Source: Planctomycetota bacterium
GTDB lineage: Bacteria; Planctomycetota; UBA1135; GCA-002748355
Length of the DNA stretch: 64,000 bases
Direction: 5' to 3'
Assembly: GCA_011321845.1 (NCBI GenBank)
Contig: DROQ01000081.1
Location: 3,237-67,236 of the forward strand
Made by a program: the position numbers and the translations under genes. This document shows positions 17,386-26,262 of this stretch, one piece after another (position 1 is the stretch's first letter; the number at the start of each line of letters is the position of its first letter). The notes under the pieces were generated by a model, which was given only the letters and a program-made list of their open reading frames with translations, was not told the DNA's origin and searched no databases.

Positions 17386-18414
17386 ATGCCTTGGAGCCGA
17401 TTCGAGAAGCAATGGTCCATCCAGGAGGAGGGACGGATCCTCAGTTACAAGGACGCGTTGCGCGAGGCCATCGACCAGGCCATGTGCCTCGATCCCAAGG
17501 TCTTCGCCATCGGACTCGACGCCGACGACTGCTACGGGGTCTATGGGAGCATGCTGAATCTCAGCCACCCCGAGCGGGTTCTGGGGACACCCATTTCCGA
17601 GAACGCCATGACCGGGGTCGCCCTCGGCGCCGCCCTCACAGGGATGCGACCCATCCACATCCACATGCGGGTGGATTTCCTCCCGGTGGCCATGGACCAG
17701 ATCACCAACTATGTCTCCAAGTGGAAGGCCATGTTCGGAGGCAAACCCAAGGTCCCTCTCGTGATTCGCGCCGTCGTCGGGCGGGGCTGGGGCTGCGGAG
17801 CCCAGCACTCCCAGACCCTGCATGGGATGTTCGCGCACCTCCCCGGGCTCAGCGTGGTGACGCCGGCCACACCGAGAGACGCCAAGGGCCTCCTCCTCCA
17901 GGCGATTGCCTTGGACGAGCCCGTCCTCTTTCTCGAGCATCGCTGGCTCTACAAGAACGAGGGGGCAGTCCCCGAGGAGATGTACACCATCCCCCTGGGC
18001 AAGGGGCAATATCTCAGGCGGGGGGATTCCCTGACCATCGTGGCTCCTTCCCTTGCGGCGATTCACTCTCTCCAAGCCTGCGAGGAGCACGACCTGGATG
18101 TGGACCTCATCGATCCTAGGACGATCAAACCCCTCGACAGGGAGTTGATCCTGGACTCCGTGCGCAGGACGGGCCGGCTGCTGGTCGTGGACTATGACTC
18201 CCCAGTCTGCGGCTTCGCCTCCGAAGTCCTCGCCCTCGTGGCCGAGGAGGCCCCCGAAGCGCTCCTTGCCGGGGCGCAAAAGATGACCTTTCCCGATGTC
18301 CCCATGCCCGCGAGCGGCGTCCTCGAGCGACGCTACTATCCTGACCCCGATCGCATCGCCGCCAAGGCCAAGGCGATGATCTCCAGGGTCAAGGGAGAAG
18401 GAGCCCTGGTATGA
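17386..18414 (+). CDS. Thiamine-diphosphate-dependent dehydrogenase E1 component, beta subunit (transketolase-like Pyr + C-terminal domains)
   Basis: ATG 17386 lies 1 nt after the alpha stop. Contains GTPISENAMTGVALGAALTGMRP, HSQ and IDPRTIKPLD blocks typical of E1-beta. Confidence 0.85.
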   Translation: MPWSRFEKQWSIQEEGRILSYKDALREAIDQAMCLDPKVFAIGLDADDCYGVYGSMLNLSHPERVLGTPISENAMTGVALGAALTGMRPIHIHMRVDFLPVAMDQITNYVSKWKAMFGGKPKVPLVIRAVVGRGWGCGAQHSQTLHGMFAHLPGLSVVTPATPRDAKGLLLQAIALDEPVLFLEHRWLYKNEGAVPEEMYTIPLGKGQYLRRGDSLTIVAPSLAAIHSLQACEEHDLDVDLIDPRTIKPLDRELILDSVRRTGRLLVVDYDSPVCGFASEVLALVAEEAPEALLAGAQKMTFPDVPMPASGVLERRYYPDPDRIAAKAKAMISRVKGEGALV

Positions 18415-19919
18415 GCACAGCATTGGATGTCCTGATCGTGAATCCCGGCGGTAGGGACAAGGCCTACCAGAAGCTGGGCGGCGAACTCGCGGCGATGGAG
18501 CCCCCCATCTGGGCGGGGCTCCTCGCAAGTTTTCTGCGCGGCAAGGGCCTGCGGGTCGAGATCCTCGACACCGACGCCCTGGGCTTGGGGCCCGAGGCGG
18601 CGAGCAAGTGGATCGAGGAGCGGGACCCTCTCCTGACAGCGGTGGTGGTCTACGGTCACAACCCCAACGCCTCCACCTGGGTCATGCCCGGGGTCCGTTC
18701 CCTCTGCGGGGCGATCAAAGCCCGGAATCGAAACCGCCGGCTCCTTCTCCTGGGGGGGCATGTCTCAGCCCTCCCCGAACGAACCCTGCGCGAGGAGGAG
18801 GCCGACTATGTCTGCGACGGGGAGGGGACCTACACCCTCCTGGATCTTGTGCGGGAGTTGAAGAGCGGGTCGCCCGATCTCCACAGGGTCCGAGGAATCC
18901 TCTTCTTCCAGGACGGCGAAATCCAGCGCAGCGAACCTGCGCCCTTTGTCGTCGACCTGGACCGGGAGATGCCGGGAATGGCGTGGGACCTGCTCCCCAT
19001 GGACCGCTACCGGGCACACAACTGGCACTGCTTCGGGGAGGAGGAACGCAGTCCCTACGCGGCCATCTACACCACCCTGGGCTGCCCCTTCCGCTGCAGC
19101 TTCTGCTGCATCCAGGCTCCCTTCAAACAGGGGGAAAAAGCCCTGGGCTACAAACCGCAGGTCAACAGCTACCGAAAGTGGAGTCCTCAGCGGATCGGCC
19201 GGCAGATCGAGATCCTCGTGGAGAATTACGGCGTGCGGCATCTCAAGATCGCGGACGAGATCTTCCTGCTCGACAAGGAGCACGTGGAAGGAGTCTGCGA
19301 CGAGATCCTCCGCCGGGGTTACGACCTGAACATCTGGGCCTACGCCCGGGTGGACACAGTGCGGGACCAGGCCTTGCTCCATAAGATGCGCCGGGCGGGG
19401 TTCCGCTGGCTCGCCCTGGGGATCGAGTCGGCCAACAGGGAGGTTCGCAAGGATGTTTCCAAAGGATACAGAGAGGAGAAAATCGAAGAGACCGTTCAGA
19501 AGATCCAGGCCGCGGGCATCCACATCATCGGAAACTACATCTTCGGTCTGCCCGAGGACGATCTGGACTCGATGCGGGAGACCCTGGAGCTGGCCAAGTC
19601 CCTGAACACCGAATACGCCAATTTCAACTCGGCCATGGCCTACCCTGGCTCCGCCCTCTACCGGGAGGCCTTGGAGCGGGGCTGGCCGCTGCCAAAAACT
19701 TGGGATGGGTATTCGCAGCACTCCAAGGCGAGTCTCCCTCTTCCGACGCGACACATCTCCTCGCGAGAGGTCCTGGCGTTTCGGGACCAGGCGTTTCGGG
19801 AGTACTTCGAGCGGGAGGAATACTTGGAGCGGGTGGAAAAGGCCTTTGGGCCCAAGGTCCGGGAACAGGTCCGGGAGATGACCAGCAAGTCCCTCGAGAG
19901 GGACCTGCTGGAAACCTGA
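18411..19919 (+). CDS. B12-binding-domain radical SAM enzyme (class B rSAM, methyltransferase-like)
   Basis: N-terminal Rossmann-like B12-binding region (VLIVNPGG..., LLLLGGHVSALP). The radical SAM cluster motif CPFRCSFC lies ~230 aa in. ATGA overlap with E1-beta. 502 aa. Confidence 0.85.
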   Translation: MSTALDVLIVNPGGRDKAYQKLGGELAAMEPPIWAGLLASFLRGKGLRVEILDTDALGLGPEAASKWIEERDPLLTAVVVYGHNPNASTWVMPGVRSLCGAIKARNRNRRLLLLGGHVSALPERTLREEEADYVCDGEGTYTLLDLVRELKSGSPDLHRVRGILFFQDGEIQRSEPAPFVVDLDREMPGMAWDLLPMDRYRAHNWHCFGEEERSPYAAIYTTLGCPFRCSFCCIQAPFKQGEKALGYKPQVNSYRKWSPQRIGRQIEILVENYGVRHLKIADEIFLLDKEHVEGVCDEILRRGYDLNIWAYARVDTVRDQALLHKMRRAGFRWLALGIESANREVRKDVSKGYREEKIEETVQKIQAAGIHIIGNYIFGLPEDDLDSMRETLELAKSLNTEYANFNSAMAYPGSALYREALERGWPLPKTWDGYSQHSKASLPLPTRHISSREVLAFRDQAFREYFEREEYLERVEKAFGPKVREQVREMTSKSLERDLLET

Positions 19920-19977
19920 GTTCTCTCCTTTCAGGAGAGCGGGTTCTCCCTCGTTGCCGGTTTTTTCGCCGGTTCTC

Positions 19978-20454
19978 CTATTTGGCGAAGTCGAGGCAGA
20001 TCTTGGTGAGGGCGTTGATGACCCCAGGGTTGTCCTGGTACATCGGAGCGGGGGCCATCAGGGGACTCAGGCCCGCGGCGGCTCCACCTTTTTTGATGAC
20101 GGTGTGGACCCTCTCCCATGTGGCTTTTTTCCTCCACTCAGCGTCGTGGAAGTTGCGGGGCTTGGGGTTGAGAGCCTTGCCCGCGGGTCCGTCGCCCATG
20201 CCCTCTTTGCCGTGGCAGGTGGAGCAGTAGGTTCCGAAGTATTCCTTGGCGGTTTTCATGTCCGCGTCGGAGATTTTGGGCATGGCCGTGGTTCCCCCCG
20301 AAGGAGCGGAGGCCGGAGGTGCCGAGGCCGGAGGCGCGGACTTGGGAGCCGGTCCCTTCTTGGGGGTTTCTTTTTTGTCTCCGCAACCTCCGAGGAGGAG
20401 GCTCGCGGCCGCGAGGAAAACAAAGGAAATACTCAGATGTTTGGAAGTGTTCAT
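19978..20454 (-). CDS. Lipoprotein c-type cytochrome (class I, monohaem)
   Basis: Lipobox LLLGG-C, a Lys/Pro/Ala/Ser linker (KKETPKKGPAPKSAPPASAPPASAPS), haem motif CSTCHG, and a distal Met region. Confidence 0.8.
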   Translation of the reverse strand: MNTSKHLSISFVFLAAASLLLGGCGDKKETPKKGPAPKSAPPASAPPASAPSGGTTAMPKISDADMKTAKEYFGTYCSTCHGKEGMGDGPAGKALNPKPRNFHDAEWRKKATWERVHTVIKKGGAAAGLSPLMAPAPMYQDNPGVINALTKICLDFAK

Positions 20455-20506
20455 TGGTTCCGTTGCCTTTTGTTAGGACCTTCTCCGGAAAACCCTCCGG
20501 GAGGGA

Positions 20507-21748
20507 TCAGGGATAGGAGATCTCGTACAGGTGCACTTCATAGGGGCCGAACTGGTCGTACGCACGCCCAAAACGTAGGACAAGTTGGCGGTTCTCGTCA
20601 AGGACCGTGGCTTGCCTGGTCCCGCGGGAGCCGCGAATGGAGATCGCGACCTTGCTGGGCTGGGAGCTGATGTTGGCCGCGAAGAGATAGAGCTTGGACC
20701 CCAGGAGCCGGGTGGTCCACTTCAGCCTGGTCTTCTTGTTGCTTGGTTTCAGGCTCGCGCCCTTCTTCTTGGGGGGGGTGTTGAGGACTTTGGCGAGGGA
20801 TTGGACGCGTTTGTTGATCTTGGAGATGGCGGCGCTCATGGTCTTGTCCTGGAGCATGGCCGCTTCACGGAATCTCGGTTTGAACTCGTGGCAGAAATAG
20901 CCGAAGCCCTTGACTCCCGAGATGAGGGCGATCCAGACCAGGCTGCGGACTTGGGCCGGAGTCGGTTTGACCTTGGGGTTGTTGATGTGGGTGCATTCGA
21001 TCCAGGTGAAGGTGGGTTTTTTGTTCTTTCCCGCCTTCAGGAGGCGTTCGACCCCGATGGAGATGTATTCGAGGCGTCCGGAGACATGGGGGTAGGGCGA
21101 GGTGACAGGATAGATGTCGAAGGAAAGGATGTCGGCTCCTTTGGCGTAGAGAGGGTAGTCCTCCAGTTTGCCGGTCCGGCTCCCCCGCCCCTTGAAGGAC
21201 TCGTTCGCGATCCCCTGTCCGAAGTTGATAAAGATGGGGCGCGTCTTGTCCTTGGCCCGCATTTTCCGGTAGTCGTCCACGATCCTGTCGGGAGGGATGG
21301 GAGGGCCGTAGCCTGCCCCCTTGATGGCTTGGGCATTGTCGGGCTCGTCCTTCTGGAGCCAGCCCACGATCTGCTTGCGATTCTTGTCTTTGAGGGCAAG
21401 GGCGTTTTGCTGGCAGATGACGGGCATTTTGGCCTTGGCGAGAGCCGCGAGCTGCGCGCTGGTGGGGCCTTTCCAAAGTCCGATGTAGAGGTTGATCCCG
21501 ATGGCTTTGTAGGCAACGGCTCTGCGGGGATCCTGGAGCCAGACGGCGATGGGGAAGGAATCCGTCCGCTTGGAGGGACCGTTCTTCCAGGCTTTCCAAG
21601 GGGACTCCGGCCGGTTCCTTTGCACTTCGGGAATCCTGTGGGCAGGATGGGAGCGGCGTGGGAGGCGGGGCTCGAGGCGGGGCTCGGCGACGGTGGAGAC
21701 TTGGGACAGGCCTGAAAGGGCCAAGGCGAAGATGGTGAATAAGAGCAT
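20507..21748 (-). CDS. Secreted hypothetical protein, possibly TIM-barrel glycoside-hydrolase-like
   Basis: Signal peptide MLLFTIFALALSGLSQVS from ATG 21748. The GWLQKDEPDN and FDIYP patterns recall GH clan-A beta-4/beta-7 regions. No firm family assignment. Confidence 0.45.
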   Translation of the reverse strand: MLLFTIFALALSGLSQVSTVAEPRLEPRLPRRSHPAHRIPEVQRNRPESPWKAWKNGPSKRTDSFPIAVWLQDPRRAVAYKAIGINLYIGLWKGPTSAQLAALAKAKMPVICQQNALALKDKNRKQIVGWLQKDEPDNAQAIKGAGYGPPIPPDRIVDDYRKMRAKDKTRPIFINFGQGIANESFKGRGSRTGKLEDYPLYAKGADILSFDIYPVTSPYPHVSGRLEYISIGVERLLKAGKNKKPTFTWIECTHINNPKVKPTPAQVRSLVWIALISGVKGFGYFCHEFKPRFREAAMLQDKTMSAAISKINKRVQSLAKVLNTPPKKKGASLKPSNKKTRLKWTTRLLGSKLYLFAANISSQPSKVAISIRGSRGTRQATVLDENRQLVLRFGRAYDQFGPYEVHLYEISYP

Positions 21749-23546
21749 GGCCGAAGGATACGGGATTTGCGTTCCCGATGGGAGCGCTCTCACTCCTTGG
21801 GCCAGGCTCGGGCTCTCGGGGCTCCTGGTCCTTTTGCTCTTCCTCCTCTGGTATCCCGCCCTGGGAGGGAACTTTGTCTTCGATGACGAGGTGCTGATTG
21901 TTCGAAACCCTCTTGTCACGGGCCCGCTGGACCTGGGGGGGATCTTCGGGGGCAGGTTCCTTGGCGCTTCGGTGGGGCAGGAGGCGGTTCCCTACTGGCG
22001 CCCTCTCTCCGTTCTTCTGTTCTGGGGTCTCTGGCATCTGGGGGCTGGGGCGCCCTGGGTTTTTCATGCCTTCGCCTTGGGGTTGCATCTCCTGAGCGCT
22101 GTCCTGGGGATGAGGTTGTTCTTTCGCTGGGGACTGGTCCCTTGGCTCGCCTTTTTGGCGGCTCTTGGCTTTGGGGCCCACCCCAGCCAGGTAGAAGGGG
22201 TGGCTTGGGTTTCGGCGGGCAGCTGGCCGCTCATGGCTCTCCTGCTCCTGGGCTTTCTCCATGCATGGGATCGGTTCAGGAGGAAAGGCGCGCCATTTTG
22301 GGGGATGCTGGGGGGGGTGGCCCTTGGGCTTGCCCTGCTCGCCCAAGAGGCCGCAGTCCTCGGGTTCCTGCTCGCTGGGCTCCTGGAGTTTTTCGCGCCG
22401 GGGGATTCCGAGCGACGCTCGGGAGCATGGAAGCGGCTGGCCTGCTTGGGGGGAGTCCTCCTCCTTTGGTTTCTCGCGAGGAGCTGGGTCCTGGGAAAGG
22501 TCCCGACTCCGGAGCAGGGGCCGGGCCGGGAGGTCGGAGAGGCCTTGGTTCTCCGGCTCCACATCCTCGGGGTCCATCTCAGGGACCTTGTTCTCCCCCG
22601 GGCTCCGAATGTGCTGCGACCGCTGCCGCTGCATCTCTTCGGCCCTGGTTCGGGGCTGGGGCTTTCGCTCGCCTGGGCGGGGGGCTTCCTTGCCCTCCTC
22701 CTCGGCCTCCTGTTTTGGAGGAGGGGCCGGAGGCTGCGCCTTGGGCGCGGGCTCTTTTGGATCGCTTGCTGCCTGGCTCCGCTGCTATGGATCGGCGAGG
22801 GGACTGGGGTGACTCCGCTTGCGGACCGCTACCACGCCTTCGCGGCGTTGGGCCTGGTCCTGTTCCTCGCGGATCTCCGGAGCCTGCCCTGGGGGGGGTG
22901 GCTGGGTCCGTTTCTTTTGTCGGCTCTTGCGCTGGGCTCAGCGTGGATCTCCCGCGCTGCCCTGCCGCCCTGGAAGGACGCGAGGAGTTTTTGGGAGCAT
23001 GCCTGCCTCCAAAACAAGGACTCTGTCCTGGCGGCCTATTCGTTGGGGCGGCAGCGCCTCATGGATTTCGAACGGGGAGGGAAGCCCCGGGACCTGGAGG
23101 GGGCGGCCGAGGAATTGGACCGGGCTTTGGCGCTGCGGCGGAGTTTGGGGAGTTCGGGCAAAGCGGAGAAGGTTCAAGAGTTGGCGATCGAAACGGCCAG
23201 GGCCTGGGTGCAGCTCACTCGGGCGATGCGATCCAAGCGGGTAGCCCCGCGGGGGGTGCGGGAGGCTTTCGAGCGGATTCTCGAGAAAGCACCGAGGAGC
23301 GCCGACGCCTGGGTGGGCCTCGGGGTGTCCCTGGTCCTCGAGCAGCGGGTCGGGGACGCCGAGCAGGCCTTCCGGCGGGCGGTGGACCTGGACCCAGCAC
23401 ATCCCCAAGCGCGATTCAACCTGGCCAGGCTCCTCTACTCCCGGGGTGATCGGAGGGAGGCCGCCGAACAGCTGAGAGAGGTTCTGAGGCTCCAACCGGG
23501 CAACCGCCCCGCCCGGGACCTTTGGCGCAGGCTCAAGGGCTGGTAA
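21747..23546 (+). CDS. TMTC-like (DUF1736-type) polytopic membrane protein with C-terminal TPR repeats; putative GT-C O-mannosyltransferase-like
   Basis: After TM1 comes the motif GGNFVFDDEVLIVRNPLV, which resembles the FVFDD..I..N motif of TMTC/TPR-GT-C proteins. About 10 further helices follow, then ~200 aa of TPR-like repeats (AWVGLGVSLVLEQRVGDAEQAFRRAVDLDPAHPQARFNLARLLY). The start is either ATG 21747 or ATG 21732. Confidence 0.65.
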   Translation: MAEGYGICVPDGSALTPWARLGLSGLLVLLLFLLWYPALGGNFVFDDEVLIVRNPLVTGPLDLGGIFGGRFLGASVGQEAVPYWRPLSVLLFWGLWHLGAGAPWVFHAFALGLHLLSAVLGMRLFFRWGLVPWLAFLAALGFGAHPSQVEGVAWVSAGSWPLMALLLLGFLHAWDRFRRKGAPFWGMLGGVALGLALLAQEAAVLGFLLAGLLEFFAPGDSERRSGAWKRLACLGGVLLLWFLARSWVLGKVPTPEQGPGREVGEALVLRLHILGVHLRDLVLPRAPNVLRPLPLHLFGPGSGLGLSLAWAGGFLALLLGLLFWRRGRRLRLGRGLFWIACCLAPLLWIGEGTGVTPLADRYHAFAALGLVLFLADLRSLPWGGWLGPFLLSALALGSAWISRAALPPWKDARSFWEHACLQNKDSVLAAYSLGRQRLMDFERGGKPRDLEGAAEELDRALALRRSLGSSGKAEKVQELAIETARAWVQLTRAMRSKRVAPRGVREAFERILEKAPRSADAWVGLGVSLVLEQRVGDAEQAFRRAVDLDPAHPQARFNLARLLYSRGDRREAAEQLREVLRLQPGNRPARDLWRRLKGW

Positions 23547-23571
23547 GGCTCCCGCCTTTTCCCTATCGTCT

Positions 23572-24435
23572 TTGCCCATGTTTTCCTCTCTGGGTCGCTT
23601 GCTGCTGTTGGCCTTGGCTCTTCTTGCCGCATGCGGGAAGAGCGGTGAGAACGCCCCATCGATTCTTGTCTTCGCCGGCTCCGCCAGTCGCCCGGCCCTC
23701 CTCCAGGCCGCCAAGGTTTTCGAGCAACGGAGCGGGACCGAGGTGGACGTCGTCTTCGGAGGCTCGGGGCAGGTGCTCTCCCAGATGATCCTCGCCAAAA
23801 AGGGGGATCTCTACTTTCCCGGCTCCTCCGATTACATGGAGATCGCCAAGAAGAAGGGTGTAGTCCTTGCCGAGAGCGAGACCCGCCTGGCCTATCTGGT
23901 CCCGGCCATCGCCGTCGCCAGGGGGAATCCCAAAGGCGTCCAGAACCTTGAGGATCTCCTGCGAGAGGATGTCCGCGTGGCCATCGCCAATCCCGAGTCG
24001 GTCTGTGTGGGTTCCTACGCGGTCGAGATCCTCGAAAAGAGCCTCTCCGCCGCCCAGTTGGCCGCGCTGAGAAAAAAACTCGTGACCTACACGGGGAGCT
24101 GCGCCAAGACCGCTTCCGCCGTCTCGCTGGGAGCAGCCGACGCGGTGATGGGTTGGAGGATCTTCGCCTCCTGGGATCCCAAGCGGATCGAGGTGGTCCC
24201 CCTGCACCAGGAACAGATCGTCCGGGTGGGATACCTCCCCGTCGCCCTTTCCCGGTTCGGGAGGAACCCCGAGGGAGGACGCGCCTTCATCCGTTTCCTG
24301 GCTTCCCGAGAGGGGCGTGACATCTTTCGAGCCGCCGGTTATTTCATGACAGAGAGAGAAGCCTTCGATTGGATCGGATCCAGGAAACCGGTCGGGGGAC
24401 TCTATCGGCTGCCAGAGGATTGGATCTCTCGTTGA
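23572..24435 (+). CDS. ABC transporter substrate-binding lipoprotein, molybdate/tungstate (ModA/WtpA)-like
   Basis: Lipobox LLAA-C. Class II PBP pattern with LVFAGSASRPAL...VVFGGSGQVLSQ...GDLYFPGSSDYM and VAIANPESVCVGSYA. Followed by a permease and an ATPase with a TOBE-like tail. Confidence 0.7.
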   Translation: MPMFSSLGRLLLLALALLAACGKSGENAPSILVFAGSASRPALLQAAKVFEQRSGTEVDVVFGGSGQVLSQMILAKKGDLYFPGSSDYMEIAKKKGVVLAESETRLAYLVPAIAVARGNPKGVQNLEDLLREDVRVAIANPESVCVGSYAVEILEKSLSAAQLAALRKKLVTYTGSCAKTASAVSLGAADAVMGWRIFASWDPKRIEVVPLHQEQIVRVGYLPVALSRFGRNPEGGRAFIRFLASREGRDIFRAAGYFMTEREAFDWIGSRKPVGGLYRLPEDWISR

Positions 24436-25208
24436 AGTTTCGTCGCCTCGCCCTCCTGTCCGCCTTCGGGATTGTCTCTCTCTACGGCCTCCTCGTTCTC
24501 TCCCTCCTGGGTTTTGTAGGGGGTGCGGATTTCTGGGGGACGCTGTGGTCGTCCGACACTCTCTCGGCGGTCCGTCTCAGCCTCTTGGCAGCGACCGCTT
24601 CGGCCATCCTCGCGATGCTCGTCGCTCTGCCCGCGGCCTGGGCCCTTTCCCGCTTCCGCTTTCCCGGCAGCTCCTGGGTGGACATGTTCCTCGAGTTTCC
24701 CATGATCGTCTCCCCCGCGGCCCTGGGGGCGATGATCCTGATGTTTTTCCGGACCACCCCGGGCGAGTGGGTGCAGGGGCTCGGGGTCGATGTGGTCTTC
24801 GCCTTTTCGGGGATCGTCCTCGCCCAGTTCCTGACCACGGTGGGGATCGCCGTCCGGCTCATCAAGGCCGTCCTCGACGAGATCCCGGTCCGTTACGAGA
24901 ATGTCGCTCGCTCTCTGGGCGCAAGCTCCTTCCAGAGCTTTCGCTCGGTGGTTCTACCCCTGTCCGCGCGGGGCCTCTTGGCCTCCGGGATCCTGGTCTG
25001 GGCCAAGGCCCTGGGCGAGTTTGGGGCCACGATAACCGTAGCCGGTTCCCTGCCCGGAAAGACCGAGACTCTCCCCATCGCCATCTTCCTGGAGCTGGGC
25101 AAGGCCAATCTCGAGGGGGCCTCGGTCCTGATCCTGATCCTTCTTTTTTTCGGAGTGAGCGTTCTGGCGCTCACTCGCCTCCTGGTCCGGAGAAGGAACC
25201 TTGCTTGA
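24369..25208 (+). CDS. ABC transporter permease (ModB/CysTW-type)
   Basis: Six hydrophobic helices and an EAA-like loop (RSLGASSFQSFRSVVLPLSARGL). The real start may be TTG 24432, which overlaps the preceding stop. Confidence 0.8.
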   Translation: MDRIQETGRGTLSAARGLDLSLKFRRLALLSAFGIVSLYGLLVLSLLGFVGGADFWGTLWSSDTLSAVRLSLLAATASAILAMLVALPAAWALSRFRFPGSSWVDMFLEFPMIVSPAALGAMILMFFRTTPGEWVQGLGVDVVFAFSGIVLAQFLTTVGIAVRLIKAVLDEIPVRYENVARSLGASSFQSFRSVVLPLSARGLLASGILVWAKALGEFGATITVAGSLPGKTETLPIAIFLELGKANLEGASVLILILLFFGVSVLALTRLLVRRRNLA

Positions 25209-26262
25209 GGTGCGCGATCTCTGGTTGGAGGCGGGAGATTTCCGGCTCTCCGGGGTGGACCTGGGAGTGGAGCGCGGGGAGTGCCACGTTCTGATCGGCC
25301 CCACCGGGGCGGGCAAGACTCTTCTGCTCGAAGGAATCGCAGGTCTCCTCCCTGCGGCGAAAGGGACGGTTCTCGTGGATGGAGGCGACGTGACCTCGCT
25401 CAGCCCCGAAGGAAGGGGGATTGCCTATGTGCCCCAAGATCTCGCCCTCTTTCCCCACCTGGATGTCGAGGAGAACCTCCGTTTCGGGCTGCGTTATTCC
25501 AGGGCCCGAGAGGAAGGGGAGAGGGTCCTGCGCGACTTGATCTCCTTCTTGGAGCTGGGGCCTCTTCTGAAACGTCGCATCGCCGGACTGAGCGGAGGGG
25601 AGCGGCAGCGGGTGGCGCTGGTGCGCGCCCTGGCCGCGGGGAGGCGGCTGCTCCTCCTGGATGAGCCCTTTTCGGCGATTCACGCCGGGCTCAGGCGCGA
25701 GCTTTGGCGGGTCCTGAGGGAACTGATCGCCCGACTCTCCCCTGGAGTGCTTCTGGTGACCCACGACGTGGAGGAGGCTTTCTTTTTAGGGGACCGCGTG
25801 TCGGTTCTGCTGGATGGAAAGATCCGCCAGTCTGGAGGTCGGGAAGAAGTCTACCGGAACCCTGCTGACAGGGAGGTCGCCCGCCTGCTGGGGGTTCGCA
25901 ATCTATTTCCTGCCGAGCTCAGGTCCCAGGAGGGAGAGCGCGCGGTGTTGCACTGTCCGGGTCTGGGCAGGATCCAGGCCAGGGTGCGGGGCAGGATCCA
26001 GGGGCCTTGCCTCCTGGGGTTCCGAGGCGAAGAGGTCCAAGTGGGGGGAGAGCCTCGACCTGGGAACGAGGGGCGAGGCGTGGTGCGGGAGTGTTTCCCC
26101 GGTGGGGGCAAGACTCTCCTCCTTCTCGGGTTGCAAGGCTCCGACCAAATCTGCGAGATCCAGGTTCCGGGGGGCGAGGAATTCGCGGTGGGCGAAGAAC
26201 TCAGATTCTGGATTCCGGAGGAGAAGGCTTTTGTCGTTCCATCTGGTGAGATCAGGTCTTGA
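25201..26262 (+). CDS. ABC transporter ATP-binding protein with C-terminal TOBE-like domain (ModC-like)
   Basis: Walker A GPTGAGKT, signature LSGGERQRV, Walker B LLLLDEP, H-loop VTHD. TTG start overlaps the permease end. The 3' end overlaps the convergent MCP gene by 11 nt. Confidence 0.85.
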   Translation: MLEVRDLWLEAGDFRLSGVDLGVERGECHVLIGPTGAGKTLLLEGIAGLLPAAKGTVLVDGGDVTSLSPEGRGIAYVPQDLALFPHLDVEENLRFGLRYSRAREEGERVLRDLISFLELGPLLKRRIAGLSGGERQRVALVRALAAGRRLLLLDEPFSAIHAGLRRELWRVLRELIARLSPGVLLVTHDVEEAFFLGDRVSVLLDGKIRQSGGREEVYRNPADREVARLLGVRNLFPAELRSQEGERAVLHCPGLGRIQARVRGRIQGPCLLGFRGEEVQVGGEPRPGNEGRGVVRECFPGGGKTLLLLGLQGSDQICEIQVPGGEEFAVGEELRFWIPEEKAFVVPSGEIRS

